A stretch of DNA of 64,000 nucleotides from Candidatus Kapaibacterium sp. (GCA_044350705.1 JBILHA010000002.1:114295-178294); one strand, 5' to 3'; positions 9,821 to 21,954 are shown, numbered from the stretch's first letter. Numbers and translations: made by a program. Notes: generated by a model not told the origin, from the letters alone.

Positions 9821-10543
9821 TTAAGATTTCTTTTCTTCTTTTTTGTCTTCACGAATCACCTTTGCTTTTCCCTCTTTTGCCGCCTGTGCGATGAGATTCG
9901 CGATGAGCGAAATGGAACTTACCGCATCATCATTTCCTGGGATCACATGCGCAATACCTGCAGGGTTTACATTGGTGTCCACGAGCGCTACCACCGGAAG
10001 GCCTACGGATTGCGCCTCGCGGATAACGGTCTTTTCATTTCGCGCATCCACGACGAAGAGCGCATCTGGCATACGCGTAAGCGTCGAGATACCTCCGATT
10101 TTTTCATCGAGCTCTGCAATTTCACGATCGAAGTTGAGCTGCTCGAGCTTGGTGTACTTCTTGAGCTCGCCCTTTTCACGCTTGTCCTTGAGGCCCAAGT
10201 AGTGACGAAGGAGGCGCTGGATTTGCGGCCAGTTCGTAATCGTTCCTCCAAGCCAACGGCTCGTAACGTACGGCATTCCACAAGCCTTTGCTGCTTCAGC
10301 AACTGCCTGCTGTGCCTGACGCTTTGTTCCCACAAAAAGAACAACGCCGCCCTTTGCAGTAATGTCGGATACGAAGCGCATTGCGCTCTCCAACTGTTCT
10401 TGTGTTTTTTCCACGTCGACAACGTGTACGCCCTTGCGGGTACCAAAAATGAATTGCTTCATCTTTGGGTGCCAGTGCTCACTGCGGTGACCAAAGTGCA
10501 CACCTGCCTTCACCAAATCCTGTACTGACGGAAGAGTAGCCAT
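9821..10543 (-). CDS. rpsB: 30S ribosomal protein S2
   Basis: …LVKAGVHFGHRSEHWHPKM… S2 signature. Start at MATLPS. Confidence 0.9.
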   Translation of the reverse strand: MATLPSVQDLVKAGVHFGHRSEHWHPKMKQFIFGTRKGVHVVDVEKTQEQLESAMRFVSDITAKGGVVLFVGTKRQAQQAVAEAAKACGMPYVTSRWLGGTITNWPQIQRLLRHYLGLKDKREKGELKKYTKLEQLNFDREIAELDEKIGGISTLTRMPDALFVVDARNEKTVIREAQSVGLPVVALVDTNVNPAGIAHVIPGNDDAVSSISLIANLIAQAAKEGKAKVIREDKKEEKKS

Positions 10544-10672
10544 AATGATGGTTCCTTTTTTCCACGATGCCTCGGAAAGCGCCCTGCCTTTTTGCAAGGC
10601 TAGGGAGGATACTTTCCGGTTTTAAGCACCTGAGAGATAAAAAATTAAAAATGTGCCAAAATTGGCGAGAAA

Positions 10673-10701
10673 AGAGTACCGTGAGAAGCGAAAAGTGTCA
10701 A
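10673..10701 (-). promoter_or_regulatory. Putative sigma70-type promoter for rpsB-tsf
   Basis: On the minus strand, TTGACA-17 nt-TACTCT. This is followed by an ~150-nt leader with a CCCTaGCCTT/AGGCaGGG hairpin. Confidence 0.4.
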
Positions 10702-10752
10702 TGTGAAAGGGATTCCGCGTGGCAGCGTAGGGAGATTGCAGGCACGAGCGTT

Positions 10753-11766
10753 CTACACGATCAGCATGGCATCCCCAAACGAGAAAAATCGATACCTTTG
10801 CTCAACCGCTTCTTTATATGCGGCAAGGACATATTCCTTGCTCGCAAAAGCTGAAACGAGCATCAGGAGGGTCGATTTTGGGAGATGAAAATTCGTGATA
10901 AGCCCGTCAATGACCTTGAAGGCATACCCGGGGGTAATAAAAACATTGAGATTGCCTGCATAGGCAATAAGGCTCCCCTGGGTCGTCGCAATACCCTCGA
11001 GCAAGCGCGTTGTCGTAGTTCCTACTGCAATAATCCGTCGCCCCTCTTGCTTTGCCTGGCGAAGGCGCTCTGCAACATCTTTACGAAGCTCAACCATTTC
11101 TGCATGCATGACATGATCTTCAATGAATTCGGACTGTACGGGACGAAATGTTCCAATCCCTACATGAAGAATAACCTCTTCAATCTGCACCCCCTTTGCA
11201 CGAATACGCTGTAAAAGCTCAGGGGTAAAGTGCAGGCCGGCAGTTGGCGCAGCTACTGATCCGATTTCTTTTGCATAGACGGTCTGATACTGCTCATCCG
11301 AAATGTTTTTTGATTCCACGTAGGGCGGCGTGGGGATCTCCCCATGCTTTTCGCAGAATGCAAACATGTCTTCCGCGGATAGGTTTGTTTTTATGCGCAC
11401 TACCCCGTCTTCTTGTTTTTCGATGATTTCAAATGCATGCGCAAATAGGGCGATGGTGGAACCGACGGGAAATTTTTTCCCCGGACGAACGAGTGCTTCA
11501 ACCTCCCCTTCTCCAATACGCAAAACAAATACCTCTATCTTTCCATCTTCACTCACTAAACGCGCTCGAAATACTTTCGTTGCGTTAAAAACGAGCACAT
11601 CCCCCGCCTTCAATTCGTCGAGGATATCGGTAAACACCTGATGCTTCCGCACTCCCGAGAACCTCTCCAGCACCAAAAGCCGGGAGGAATCCCGCGGCTC
11701 TGCAGGGTGTTGCGCAATGAGCTCTTCGGGGAGAAAATAGTCGAATGTAGAGACCGGAGTAGGCAT
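10753..11766 (-). CDS. queA: S-adenosylmethionine:tRNA ribosyltransferase-isomerase
   Basis: …FDYFLPEELIAQHPAEPRDSSRLLV… QueA N-terminus and full-length similarity. Start at MPTPVSTFDY. Confidence 0.85.
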   Translation of the reverse strand: MPTPVSTFDYFLPEELIAQHPAEPRDSSRLLVLERFSGVRKHQVFTDILDELKAGDVLVFNATKVFRARLVSEDGKIEVFVLRIGEGEVEALVRPGKKFPVGSTIALFAHAFEIIEKQEDGVVRIKTNLSAEDMFAFCEKHGEIPTPPYVESKNISDEQYQTVYAKEIGSVAAPTAGLHFTPELLQRIRAKGVQIEEVILHVGIGTFRPVQSEFIEDHVMHAEMVELRKDVAERLRQAKQEGRRIIAVGTTTTRLLEGIATTQGSLIAYAGNLNVFITPGYAFKVIDGLITNFHLPKSTLLMLVSAFASKEYVLAAYKEAVEQRYRFFSFGDAMLIV

Positions 11767-11883
11767 AATCAGACATGCGTAAAATAGCCGTGAAAGAAGA
11801 ATTATAGGGGGTATAGCCTCTTCGTGCAATGGCACGTTAACACCCTCCACACCTCTCTAGCCTCAAAAAATCCCCCGCTTTTA

Positions 11884-11912
11884 TTGACATTCATTTCAGA
11901 ATCCCGTACACT
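11884..11912 (+). promoter_or_regulatory. Putative sigma70-type promoter for rpmE
   Basis: TTGACA, a 17-nt spacer, then TACACT, about 24 nt upstream of the rpmE ATG. Confidence 0.5.
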
Positions 11913-11935
11913 ATTGGCAACTCATTTTTTGGCTT

Positions 11936-12250
11936 ATGAAAGCAAATATCCATCCAGAATACTTCCCTACCGCAACCATCGCTTGCGCATGTGGAGCAAC
12001 CTACACCACAGGTTCGGTGAAGGAACATATTGATATTGAATTGTGCGCAGCCTGCCACCCATTCTTTACCGGGAAGCAAAAGATTGTTGATACTGCTCGT
12101 CGTGTTGAGAAGTTCACCAACCGCGTTGAGGCAAAGGCTGATGGCGTTGCTACTGCGAAAGAAAAGGCTGCAAAGAAAGCAGAACGCGCGAAGGCAAAAG
12201 AAGCAAAGCGCGCTGATCGCGACACTTCCATCAAATCCGTTAATCGTTAA
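11936..12250 (+). CDS. rpmE: 50S ribosomal protein L31
   Basis: MKANIHPEY… and the zinc-ribbon cysteines (CACG…[13 protein letters not shown]). Confidence 0.85.
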   Translation: MKANIHPEYFPTATIACACGATYTTGSVKEHIDIELCAACHPFFTGKQKIVDTARRVEKFTNRVEAKADGVATAKEKAAKKAERAKAKEAKRADRDTSIKSVNR

Positions 12251-12262
12251 ATACCTTCATGC

Positions 12263-12297
12263 AGAACGCCTCTCGTTTTTACGGAAGGCGTTTTGTA
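12263..12297 (+). terminator. Rho-independent terminator after rpmE
   Basis: AACGCCT-loop-AGGCGTT followed by TTTTGT. Confidence 0.55.
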
Positions 12298-12447
12298 TTA
12301 TGTGAAGAATCAAGTGTTATTCTGAGGGAGCTTCCAGCTAGACCACGCGCCCTGAGCGTGAGCGAAGGGAAGCATCTTCCTCAGGACCGGCAAGTCAGGC
12401 AAATAGCCTGACAAGTAGCCGCTCAGGATGACACCCTCCCCCTCTCT

Positions 12448-13539
12448 ATGGATTTCTCCTCTCTTATTCAAGAAAAGCGAAAAGAAAAACTGGAGCTTGA
12501 ATCTCAACTGAGTGATCCGGCGGTTTTAGCGCATCCGAAAAAACTCAAAGAAGTGAATATCGCTTATCATCTCCTGAGTAAAACCCTTGCGGTAGCGGAT
12601 ATCTACGAAACCCTCGTAAAAAATCGTGAAAGCGCTTTGCAGGCCATGAAAGAAACCTCTGACGCGGAGCTTCGCGCAATGGCAGAAGAAGAAATTGCCG
12701 CATGTGACGCACAGCTCCCGGAGGCCGAAAAAGCCCTTGAGCTCGCGCTCCTTCCCCAAGATCCCATGGATGCCCATGATGCAATTTTGGAAATTCGTGC
12801 GGGCACCGGAGGAGATGAAGCTGCACTTTTCGCAGGAGATTTGTTCCGCATGTATACCCGTTATGCAGAACGAAATGGCTGGAGAGCCCATATTCTCTCC
12901 CAGTCTCAAAATGACCTTGGAGGACTTAAAGAAATTATCTTCGAACTTCAGGGCGAAGGCGCTTTCGGCATCATGAAGCTCGAGAGTGGCGTGCACCGCG
13001 TACAACGCGTGCCTACCACCGAAAAGGCAGGGCGTATTCACACCTCTACTGCAACGGTCGCCGTTCTTCCTAAACTTGAAGAGGAAGACTTTTCCCTGAA
13101 CATGAAGGATGTCACGATCGAAGCAACGACAAGCCAAGGCGCAGGAGGACAGTCGGTAAACACCACGTATTCTTCCTGTCGTGTCGTGCACGTGCCCACC
13201 GGAACTACGGTCGTTTGTCAGGATGAGCGTTCATTCTCTCAGAACCGGGACCGTGCACTTTCCGTGCTACGCGCTCGCGTATATGCGGCTGAACAAGAAA
13301 AGAAGCGTGCCGCCCTTGATGCGGAGCGTCGTGGACAGATCGGCAGTGGCGAACGTTCTGAAAAAATTCGCACGTATAATTTCCCTCAGGACCGGGTAAC
13401 CGATCACCGCATTAAAGAAAGCTGGCATAGTCTTCCACTCATTCTCGATGGAGATATTCAGCACATTATCGACGCTCTTCGTCTTGCCGCTCGTGATGCG
13501 TCATTCGCTGACCTCAGCTCTGAAGATGACGACGAATAA
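12448..13539 (+). CDS. prfA: Peptide chain release factor 1
   Basis: GGQ motif ([10 protein letters not shown]). The tripeptide position reads PTT, which is RF1-type rather than RF2 SPF. 363 aa. Confidence 0.9.
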   Translation: MDFSSLIQEKRKEKLELESQLSDPAVLAHPKKLKEVNIAYHLLSKTLAVADIYETLVKNRESALQAMKETSDAELRAMAEEEIAACDAQLPEAEKALELALLPQDPMDAHDAILEIRAGTGGDEAALFAGDLFRMYTRYAERNGWRAHILSQSQNDLGGLKEIIFELQGEGAFGIMKLESGVHRVQRVPTTEKAGRIHTSTATVAVLPKLEEEDFSLNMKDVTIEATTSQGAGGQSVNTTYSSCRVVHVPTGTTVVCQDERSFSQNRDRALSVLRARVYAAEQEKKRAALDAERRGQIGSGERSEKIRTYNFPQDRVTDHRIKESWHSLPLILDGDIQHIIDALRLAARDASFADLSSEDDDE

Positions 13540-14437
13540 CCTCACTATTCTTTCCGCTCTTGAACAAGGAGCACATACCCTCAAGCGCGCTTGGGAAGGG
13601 GTGTATTTTGATGCTCCCCCCAACGCAAAATTCGATACACAGGTACTTCTCTGCGCCATCCTTCACAAGCCCGCCGCATATCTTTTTGCACATGGGGGAG
13701 ATCAGCTCTCTGAGGAACAGACATTAGCCTTTTTTATGGCGATTGAGCGACGCTCCAAACACGAGCCCGTTGCACTCATTACCAGTGAGAAAGCTTTTTT
13801 TGGGCGTGATTTTCATGTTACTAAAGACACTCTTATCCCGCGTCCAGAAACAGAAGTCCTCATTGAAACTGTTCTCCCCCTAATTACGCCTTCCACACTT
13901 GTTATCGACGTAGGAACAGGAAGCGGAGCCATCAGCATAACCCTCGCATGCGAAAGTGAAGCGCCTGTTGTTGCTACCGACATCTCTCTCAACGCTCTTG
14001 AGGTCGCAAAAAGGAATGCGCTTCGTCACGGAGTTACCGATCACATCAGCTTCCTTCAGGGCAATCTTCTTCTCCCCTTTTTTCCGGTTTTCGCACAATG
14101 GCCTCCTCATTTTCCCGTCGACCATCTTTTGGTCTGTGCAAATCTTCCCTATCTCACCACCCATCAATGGGAAGCGCTTGATCCAAACGTGAAAAATTTT
14201 GAACCCAGGACTGCGTTAGTAGGTGGTTATACCGGCCTTGAGCTCTATGACGAATTGCTCATGCAAATAAAAGCGAAGCGCTCATCGCTTCCAAAAAATA
14301 TTACCCTTGCATGCGAGATTGATCCCGCACAAAAAGATAAGCTTCCTAAGATCATTCATGCGCACTTCCCCGCTGCTGGCATCGTTATTCTCTACGATCT
14401 TGCACGCTTGCCTCGGCTCGTACTCGCAACATTGTAA
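13526..14437 (+). CDS. prmC: Release factor glutamine methyltransferase (PrmC/HemK)
   Basis: SAM motif [11 protein letters not shown] and catalytic NLPY (VCANLPYL). The ATG overlaps the prfA stop by 14 nt. Confidence 0.8.
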   Translation: MTTNNLTILSALEQGAHTLKRAWEGVYFDAPPNAKFDTQVLLCAILHKPAAYLFAHGGDQLSEEQTLAFFMAIERRSKHEPVALITSEKAFFGRDFHVTKDTLIPRPETEVLIETVLPLITPSTLVIDVGTGSGAISITLACESEAPVVATDISLNALEVAKRNALRHGVTDHISFLQGNLLLPFFPVFAQWPPHFPVDHLLVCANLPYLTTHQWEALDPNVKNFEPRTALVGGYTGLELYDELLMQIKAKRSSLPKNITLACEIDPAQKDKLPKIIHAHFPAAGIVILYDLARLPRLVLATL

Positions 14438-14467
14438 AAGATTTCCAGGATGACCGTGCATACACAG

Positions 14468-14498
14468 AAAAGAGACGCGCTCGGCGTCTCTTTTTTTA
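14468..14498. terminator. Bidirectional terminator between prmC and the DUF3048 gene
   Basis: AGAGACGC-gctcg-GCGTCTCT with A- and T-tracts on either side. Confidence 0.55.
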
Positions 14499-15551
14499 TT
14501 GCACCTTTTCAAGATCATCTACGACCTCTATCCACGTTGTTCCCGGAGAGAAAATGATGGGTTCATCCGGATAGGTATTGAAGAATTGAAGCGGCTTATC
14601 AACGCCCTCTTTGGACCAGAGCGCATCCTGACAAATACCTAGCGAACATACGATCGCATTCCCCATACCTTCAGTGGTCAGCGCTCGGCGTCCGACCTCG
14701 TCTACCACCCGCATATCAGCCTCCATAATCACCACATTTTGTGCATCATAGGTATCTCCATCTGAAGAGGCTGCAACCGATGTGCCCTGCAGGCGAATGT
14801 AGGACTTTGATGCCGCATCACAGTCCCAGGTTACGTTGTAGGAAGGAGCACTTCCCCAAGAGAGGGTGATATTTTTACAATTTTCTTCACTTTCCCACAC
14901 GCCCTCTTCTCCATACTTCCACGCTGGACTCTTCCCCGCGGGAACGGAAAGGCGTGTCGCGGCACTCCACAGGAGTTCCGTTGAAGTGTATGCATTGTGA
15001 GGAGCTGAACGTGTCGTATCGCGCCAATATGAGGAGCCGTTTGAGTACTCATTTAATGTCGTGAGGTTTCGCGTTGCTCCCAAGCGCTGCAGCGCCTCCG
15101 GGCTTCCCCCTACGTGGCCGTACAGTGCACCAAATCCCTCAGCCCATGAGATGTAGTACGGGCGAGCTGAACGCACAGGTCCAATCTTTTCTACCTCATT
15201 TGCTTCGGTATAGCATGCCATAAAACGAGGAATGCCTCCTTCGACGGGAGCTTCAACTACAAAGAACGCATCTTCTACTCCGGAAAGCGGCCATGCATCC
15301 GAACTATTCTCTACCATGACACAGGCTATACGCGTATCTTCTGCTTCTCCCGTCAGAAGAGCCCCGGTGAATGGATCGCGATTTTTCTCCTCTTTAGACT
15401 GCTCTTCTTGCTGCTCAGGAGCCTCTACCGTCACTCCTCGAAAATTCATAGCAATCACCAAGAGGCACGCGACACCAAAAAGTCCCGCGATTCCCAACAA
15501 GAGCTGGACGCGCTGCTTTTTTGTCATTTTTTTGAAGGATGGAATATTCAT
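14496..15551 (-). CDS. DUF3048 (YerB-like) membrane-anchored protein
   Basis: N-terminal TM anchor, then …VMVENSSDAWPLSGVEDAFFVVEAPVEGGIPRFMACY…IGPVRSARPYYISWAEGFGALY…, typical of DUF3048. Confidence 0.65.
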   Translation of the reverse strand: MNIPSFKKMTKKQRVQLLLGIAGLFGVACLLVIAMNFRGVTVEAPEQQEEQSKEEKNRDPFTGALLTGEAEDTRIACVMVENSSDAWPLSGVEDAFFVVEAPVEGGIPRFMACYTEANEVEKIGPVRSARPYYISWAEGFGALYGHVGGSPEALQRLGATRNLTTLNEYSNGSSYWRDTTRSAPHNAYTSTELLWSAATRLSVPAGKSPAWKYGEEGVWESEENCKNITLSWGSAPSYNVTWDCDAASKSYIRLQGTSVAASSDGDTYDAQNVVIMEADMRVVDEVGRRALTTEGMGNAIVCSLGICQDALWSKEGVDKPLQFFNTYPDEPIIFSPGTTWIEVVDDLEKVQ

Positions 15552-15624
15552 ATATTTTGCTAGTATAGTTCTCTTTCCATGGTAAATCAAAAATCCCTCC
15601 GCATAAAGCGGAGGGATTTTTACA

Positions 15625-16290
15625 CTACTTCTTTTCGTTTTCACCTTCACCCTCTTCATCCTTCTTCTCGGTGAGTACCTCTACCTTTGATACATCGAAA
15701 TCAACTGCTTCGTTGAGTGCGGCAAGTTCTTCTTCAGAACGAGGAGCCTGTACGGAAGCTATTGCCGTTTCAGCATCGTCCTTCACCTCGATTCCTTCAG
15801 GAACGACGATATCGGAGACACGTACTACATCATCAAACGTTGCAAGCTTGGCAATGTCTACCTCGATTTCAGAAACAAGCTTATCGGGAAGTGCGAATAC
15901 TTCGAGTTCTTCGAGCGACTGAATAAGGGTACCTCCAAGATTTTTTACCGCGGAAGATTCACCTACCAAAACGATGCGAATATTTGCCTCGATCTTCTTA
16001 GAGCGGTCTACGCGGCGGAAATCGATATGGGTAAAGAAGTCCGTCAATGGATCACGCTGAACATCAGCAATGAGCACCGGGTGGGCAACGCCATCGATCG
16101 TAAGATCAACAACCGTACTTTCACCTGCCTGGGCATATACCTTTACAAAGGCATTGCGATCTACAACGATATTTGTTGGCTCGGTACCGAATCCGTACAT
16201 TACTGCGGGAACAGAACCAGCGGCGCGCAAAGCATCCGTGGCACGACCGGTAATTTCGCGCTTCTGCGCGTCAATAGTTGCATGCTGCAT
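15625..16290 (-). CDS. rplY: 50S ribosomal protein L25 / general stress protein Ctc
   Basis: L25 beta-barrel N-domain (…REITGRATDALRAAGSVPAVMYG…) with an acidic C-terminal tail. Confidence 0.8.
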   Translation of the reverse strand: MQHATIDAQKREITGRATDALRAAGSVPAVMYGFGTEPTNIVVDRNAFVKVYAQAGESTVVDLTIDGVAHPVLIADVQRDPLTDFFTHIDFRRVDRSKKIEANIRIVLVGESSAVKNLGGTLIQSLEELEVFALPDKLVSEIEVDIAKLATFDDVVRVSDIVVPEGIEVKDDAETAIASVQAPRSEEELAALNEAVDFDVSKVEVLTEKKDEEGEGENEKK

Positions 16291-16326
16291 ATCGGGCGAT
16301 ATTCTGCCAAAAAAAGGGGGTAAGTG

Positions 16327-17445
16327 TCAAATTCCTTCACTGGTATTTGCGGAATTTACGCGAACTTCCCAAATAACGCGAAGAATCATCCCTAAAAGCA
16401 AGATCGTCATCAGGAGAGAACTTCCCCCGTAGCTCACGAGCGGCAAGGTAATCCCTGTTGCAGGCAAAATGGCCATATTTGTCCCCATGTGAATAACCAT
16501 AGGGATGAGGAAGAGCGCCGCGCCTCCAAAGAGGAAGGAGCGCATAAATCGGTCTCGTGCGGAAAAGGCTGCGAAAAGAATACGGGCAACCAAAAATGCA
16601 AATGCCCCCAGTACAAAAGCCGCACCAATAAAACCAAATTCTTCTGCGATCACCGCAAAAATGAAGTCCGTCTGACTTTCTGGCAGGAACTGCAACTGGC
16701 TCTGACTTCCCCCTCCAAACCCTCTTCCAAGCCAACCCCCTGACCCAATGGCGACCATTGCCTGATTCACGTTATACCCCGTTCCCAACGGATCGGCCGT
16801 GGGATCTAGAAATGTCGCGATACGGTCTTTTTGGTATTGGGAAAAAATAAAACTCCATCCTAAGAAGGTAAACAGTACCGCCCCCCCTATTCCCGCCGCT
16901 ATCCAGCGCAAGGAAATCCCCGAAAAAAAGAGCATCATCGCCGCAACACCTGCAAGAAGCACGGTTCCACCGAGATCCGGCTGACGAATCACGAGCACTG
17001 CTGCAGCAAATAACGCGACCGCCACTCGAAAGACCGTTCTTCGTTTCAAAGGATAAGCATCGTCTTCGGCGAGTAATGAAGCGGTATAGAGTACAAATGC
17101 AATTTTTGCCCATTCAATAGGCTGAAAAGCAAATCCCCCGAGTTCAAACCATCCTTTTGCGTTGTTATAGGCCTGGCCAAAAAAGAGGACGAGCACTAAG
17201 AGCGCAAGCGCAACCAACCATGCAAGCTTTGCATATTGTCGAAGCGCCACGGCAGGTCGCGTCAGAATAATCACCGCTCCTGCTATTCCCAATCCTGCAG
17301 CAATGAGTTGCTTGCGGAGAAAAGGAAAAGATCCCGCTGATTGCGAGAGCTCTACCGATCCAATTGCGGCAAGGCCCATAAAAAACAACAGCACTACCGC
17401 AACGAGTATCCACCAATCAAAACGAGCAAGAGAAAGATGACGCAT
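16327..17445 (-). CDS. SEDS-family peptidoglycan glycosyltransferase (RodA/FtsW)
   Basis: About 10 TM helices. SEDS motifs (…QLQFLPESQTDFIFAVIAEEFGFIGA…, PLVSYGGSSLL). Confidence 0.8.
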   Translation of the reverse strand: MRHLSLARFDWWILVAVVLLFFMGLAAIGSVELSQSAGSFPFLRKQLIAAGLGIAGAVIILTRPAVALRQYAKLAWLVALALLVLVLFFGQAYNNAKGWFELGGFAFQPIEWAKIAFVLYTASLLAEDDAYPLKRRTVFRVAVALFAAAVLVIRQPDLGGTVLLAGVAAMMLFFSGISLRWIAAGIGGAVLFTFLGWSFIFSQYQKDRIATFLDPTADPLGTGYNVNQAMVAIGSGGWLGRGFGGGSQSQLQFLPESQTDFIFAVIAEEFGFIGAAFVLGAFAFLVARILFAAFSARDRFMRSFLFGGAALFLIPMVIHMGTNMAILPATGITLPLVSYGGSSLLMTILLLGMILRVIWEVRVNSANTSEGI

Positions 17446-17462
17446 GCCTCTATGCTAAAGCA

Positions 17463-18395
17463 CTAGTCTTCCGTCGTCCATCTGCTGCGTGCATCATTTA
17501 CCGATGATGCCTCAGGATTCATATAGGCCCTCTTTTCAAAATACGGAATACGCGGCGTCACGGTTACGGTGGCCGTTTGAGGAAGCTCTCCGAACCATCG
17601 CAAATCAATTGTTCGTTTTTCTCCTGCTTTGAACTTTGCCGCTGTAATCTCCGTAATGCCTAGCAAGATTGATCCACGGAATATTTGTACCGTGAAGGCG
17701 GGCTCCCAATAACTATAGGGCGTATGATTGGTTACGGAAAATGTCGTTCGAGAAACCGTAGCATCGGTATAGGCAATATCTCGTGCAAACACGACATCCG
17801 CAACGCTGAATGCCGAGTGCTCGCTATACCAGGCGTTTACATTGGGCACCTCCTGCGGTGCGAGGTATATCCAAGTAATATCGGAAAGCTCCAGCGCAAC
17901 ATCTTTTGGTTTTCCTGCTGTTGCGCGCGCAGCAATAAAATACGCTTTTTCTCCGGGACTTAAGAACCCTTTTTTTTCTTCTGTTTTCCCATCCGCATGG
18001 GTAAACACATACGTGAATTCTCCTGCATGTCGGCCATTCGGATTCTCTACCTGCACGTACAGATCATATTTTCCTCCACTTCCCGTAGCGACACTTTGCA
18101 CGCTTCCCACCAGAAGCTCCGCAGGGGCTGCATTCGTTGCACGCGCGTGCGTCATTCCACTATTTGCTAATAAGGTATTTTTGTATGCGCTGTCTTGAAA
18201 AATCCCTTGTACGCCATACCACCCTACGGTTGCGATAAAAAACATGATCATGATCGCCACTACCGCTCCCCATGCAAGAAAAAATGCCTCCACCAAACGT
18301 GGACGCGTCGTCACGACGGTGACATTTTTTCGATACTCACGCTCAATGCTTTGAATGTCTTGAGAAAGCGCGGTAATAGGTGGCTTTTCAGTCAT
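17463..18395 (-). CDS. Hypothetical membrane-anchored protein with two beta-rich extracytoplasmic repeats
   Basis: Single N-terminal TM helix followed by two ~110-aa beta-rich segments. No recognisable catalytic motif. Confidence 0.45.
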   Translation of the reverse strand: MTEKPPITALSQDIQSIEREYRKNVTVVTTRPRLVEAFFLAWGAVVAIMIMFFIATVGWYGVQGIFQDSAYKNTLLANSGMTHARATNAAPAELLVGSVQSVATGSGGKYDLYVQVENPNGRHAGEFTYVFTHADGKTEEKKGFLSPGEKAYFIAARATAGKPKDVALELSDITWIYLAPQEVPNVNAWYSEHSAFSVADVVFARDIAYTDATVSRTTFSVTNHTPYSYWEPAFTVQIFRGSILLGITEITAAKFKAGEKRTIDLRWFGELPQTATVTVTPRIPYFEKRAYMNPEASSVNDARSRWTTED

Positions 18396-18434
18396 ACTCC
18401 TCCATACACATGGTATCACAGGACGACCTTGTGA

Positions 18435-20471
<2,037 letters not shown>

Positions 20472-20477
20472 GCGAAC

Positions 20478-20510
20478 AAAAAAACTCTCCCGATTGGAGA
20501 GTTTTTTGTT
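20478..20510 (+). terminator. Rho-independent terminator after gyrB
   Basis: AACTCTCC-cgat-TGGAGAGTT followed by TTTTTTG. Confidence 0.65.
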
Positions 20511-20945
20511 TGCGCGGACCACGTATCTTCTCTTTACGCCAGAGGCGTACAGAAGAGATACATAGGCCCGCGCGAACGATGCGAGCCCTCCCGTTCTAGA
20601 AGAGAACGAGACGGGGACGCGCGGCGCGTCCCCGATGTCAGCCGGCTACCGCCGGCCCTCGTTGCGGTGGCCGTCGCCGCCACCCTTGCTGGGCGTCTCG
20701 AGGGGGTGCTGGCTCATGGCCGCCGATCCACCCCTGAAGTTAACCGGTGCCCCCGGGGGGGCAAAATTGTGGGGACGTGGGTCCTGGTCTTTGTCTTTCC
20801 CCATGCGGGGCGTGAACCTATTTTTCTGGGCCATCTCGACCTCCTTGCCGCAAGGCGGGTGCTATTATACAGAAATGAGCGGCTTTTTCAAGCCCCCCCC
20901 TCCCCCGCATATGCTTCAACGCCCATCGCAAACTGCGCTTATCCT
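20511..20945. other. GC-rich non-coding island, about 65-70% GC, with multiple nested hairpins. Candidate structured RNA of unknown identity.
   Basis: No credible ORF. The three listed ORFs (20635-21006 +, 20646-20834 -, 20667-21002 +) are low-complexity and overlap one another. Perfect hairpins include ACGGGGACGCGC-g-GCGCGTCCCCG and GTATCTTCTCTTTACGCC-aga-GGCGTACAGAAGAGATAC. A CCCCCGGGGGGG palindrome is also present. Confidence 0.35.
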
Positions 20946-20986
20946 TGCGGCAATTCCCGGTTTTGGTATTTTGCTCGCATTCCTTC

Positions 20987-21014
20987 TTGCGTATTTCTTT
21001 AGGTAGCGTATACT
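20987..21014 (+). promoter_or_regulatory. Putative promoter for secE-nusG
   Basis: TTGCGT, a 16-nt spacer, then TATACT, about 45 nt upstream of the secE ATG. A TCCCCC-aaaa-GGGGGA hairpin sits just before the start. Confidence 0.45.
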
Positions 21015-21056
21015 AAGGCCGTTGTCCCCCAAAAGGGGATTTTAAAATAGAAAATT

Positions 21057-21257
21057 ATGCTTAGAACCCTTCCCCGCCGTGCAGCGAGCTATTTCGCTGA
21101 AGTGCGCACTGAAATGGAAAAAGTGGCTTGGCCTACACAAAAAATGACGCTTCTCTACAGCGCTTTTGTTGTCGGAGCATGCATCGTCTTTGCCCTTTAC
21201 TTCGGCATTGTCGACTTTGGTCTCACCGAGCTTGTCAACCTTCTTCTTACCCGCTAA
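21057..21257 (+). CDS. secE: Preprotein translocase subunit SecE
   Basis: 66 aa with a single C-terminal TM helix and the conserved EMEKVAWPT motif. Conserved secE-nusG order. Confidence 0.75.
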   Translation: MLRTLPRRAASYFAEVRTEMEKVAWPTQKMTLLYSAFVVGACIVFALYFGIVDFGLTELVNLLLTR

Positions 21258-21268
21258 TCGCCCTTTTT

Positions 21269-21814
21269 ATGGCAAAACAAACCGCCAATTACGGTCGCCG
21301 CTGGTACGCAATTCATACGTATTCCGGTTACGAGGAAGCTGTTGCAGACGCTCTGAAACAGCGTATCGATACCATGGACATGGAAGAAAAGATCTTCAAT
21401 ATCATGGTTCCTAAGGAAAAAAAGATTAAGATCAAGAACGGTGCGCGCAAGGTTATTGAAGAAAAGATCTTCCCTGGATACGTTCTTGTGGAAATGCTTG
21501 TTACCGACGATTCTTGGTACGTCGTGCGCAATACGCCTAACGTTACCGGTTTCATTGGTACGGGAAACACCCCTACCCCTATCGCACAAGAAGAAGTCGA
21601 TGCACTTCTCAAACGCGTAGGCGCATCCGATCCTGAATTCAAGATCGATGTTACCAAGGGCGACATGGTTACCATTTCCGACGGTCCGTTTAAAGGACAA
21701 AATGCTAAAGTTGAAGCGGTTGATGATGCTCGTGGCAAGGTAAAAGTCTTCGTTTCCATGTTCGGTCGCGAAACTTCCCTTGAGCTCGATTTTCTCCAAG
21801 TCAAAAAAGTTTAA
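21269..21814 (+). CDS. nusG: Transcription termination/antitermination factor NusG
   Basis: NGN domain (…[16 protein letters not shown]…) and KOW (…[22 protein letters not shown]…). Confidence 0.9.
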   Translation: MAKQTANYGRRWYAIHTYSGYEEAVADALKQRIDTMDMEEKIFNIMVPKEKKIKIKNGARKVIEEKIFPGYVLVEMLVTDDSWYVVRNTPNVTGFIGTGNTPTPIAQEEVDALLKRVGASDPEFKIDVTKGDMVTISDGPFKGQNAKVEAVDDARGKVKVFVSMFGRETSLELDFLQVKKV

Positions 21815-21819
21815 CCATC

Positions 21820-21858
21820 AAACACCCCATGAGTTTTCCCTCCTGGGGTGTTTTATTT
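21820..21858 (+). terminator. Terminator or attenuator hairpin between nusG and rplK
   Basis: ACACCCCA-loop-TGGGGTGT followed by TTTTATTT. A possible TTGACT promoter for rplK follows immediately. Confidence 0.5.
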
Positions 21859-21954
21859 GACTTTTTTCCCCAATCTTGGCACTATCTTGGCACTTATTCA
21901 CGAGGTGGTTGCTCCCTTTTTTGGAGAGTCCACTGTAAAAAGTTCTCGTCTCAT

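Noticed and set aside
9434-10528. 364-aa + strand ORF
   Set aside because: It lies entirely antisense to the highly conserved tsf and rpsB genes, so it is a shadow ORF.
12310-12507. 65-aa - strand ORF in the rpmE-prfA spacer
   Set aside because: It is antisense to hairpin-forming sequence and overlaps the prfA start. It is more likely a structured RNA region.
20511-20945. Specific identity of the GC island as tmRNA, RNase P RNA or SRP RNA
   Set aside because: By eye I could not find the RNase P P4 core (GGAAAGUCCGG), a tmRNA T-arm or alanine acceptor end or tag ORF ending in -AA-stop, or the SRP GGAAGCAGC box. I therefore report only a generic structured-RNA candidate.
20635-21006. Three overlapping ORFs (123, 62 and 111 aa) in the GC-rich island
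   Set aside because: They are low-complexity (P/G/R-rich), mutually overlapping in different frames and have no RBS. The region is more parsimoniously a structured non-coding element.
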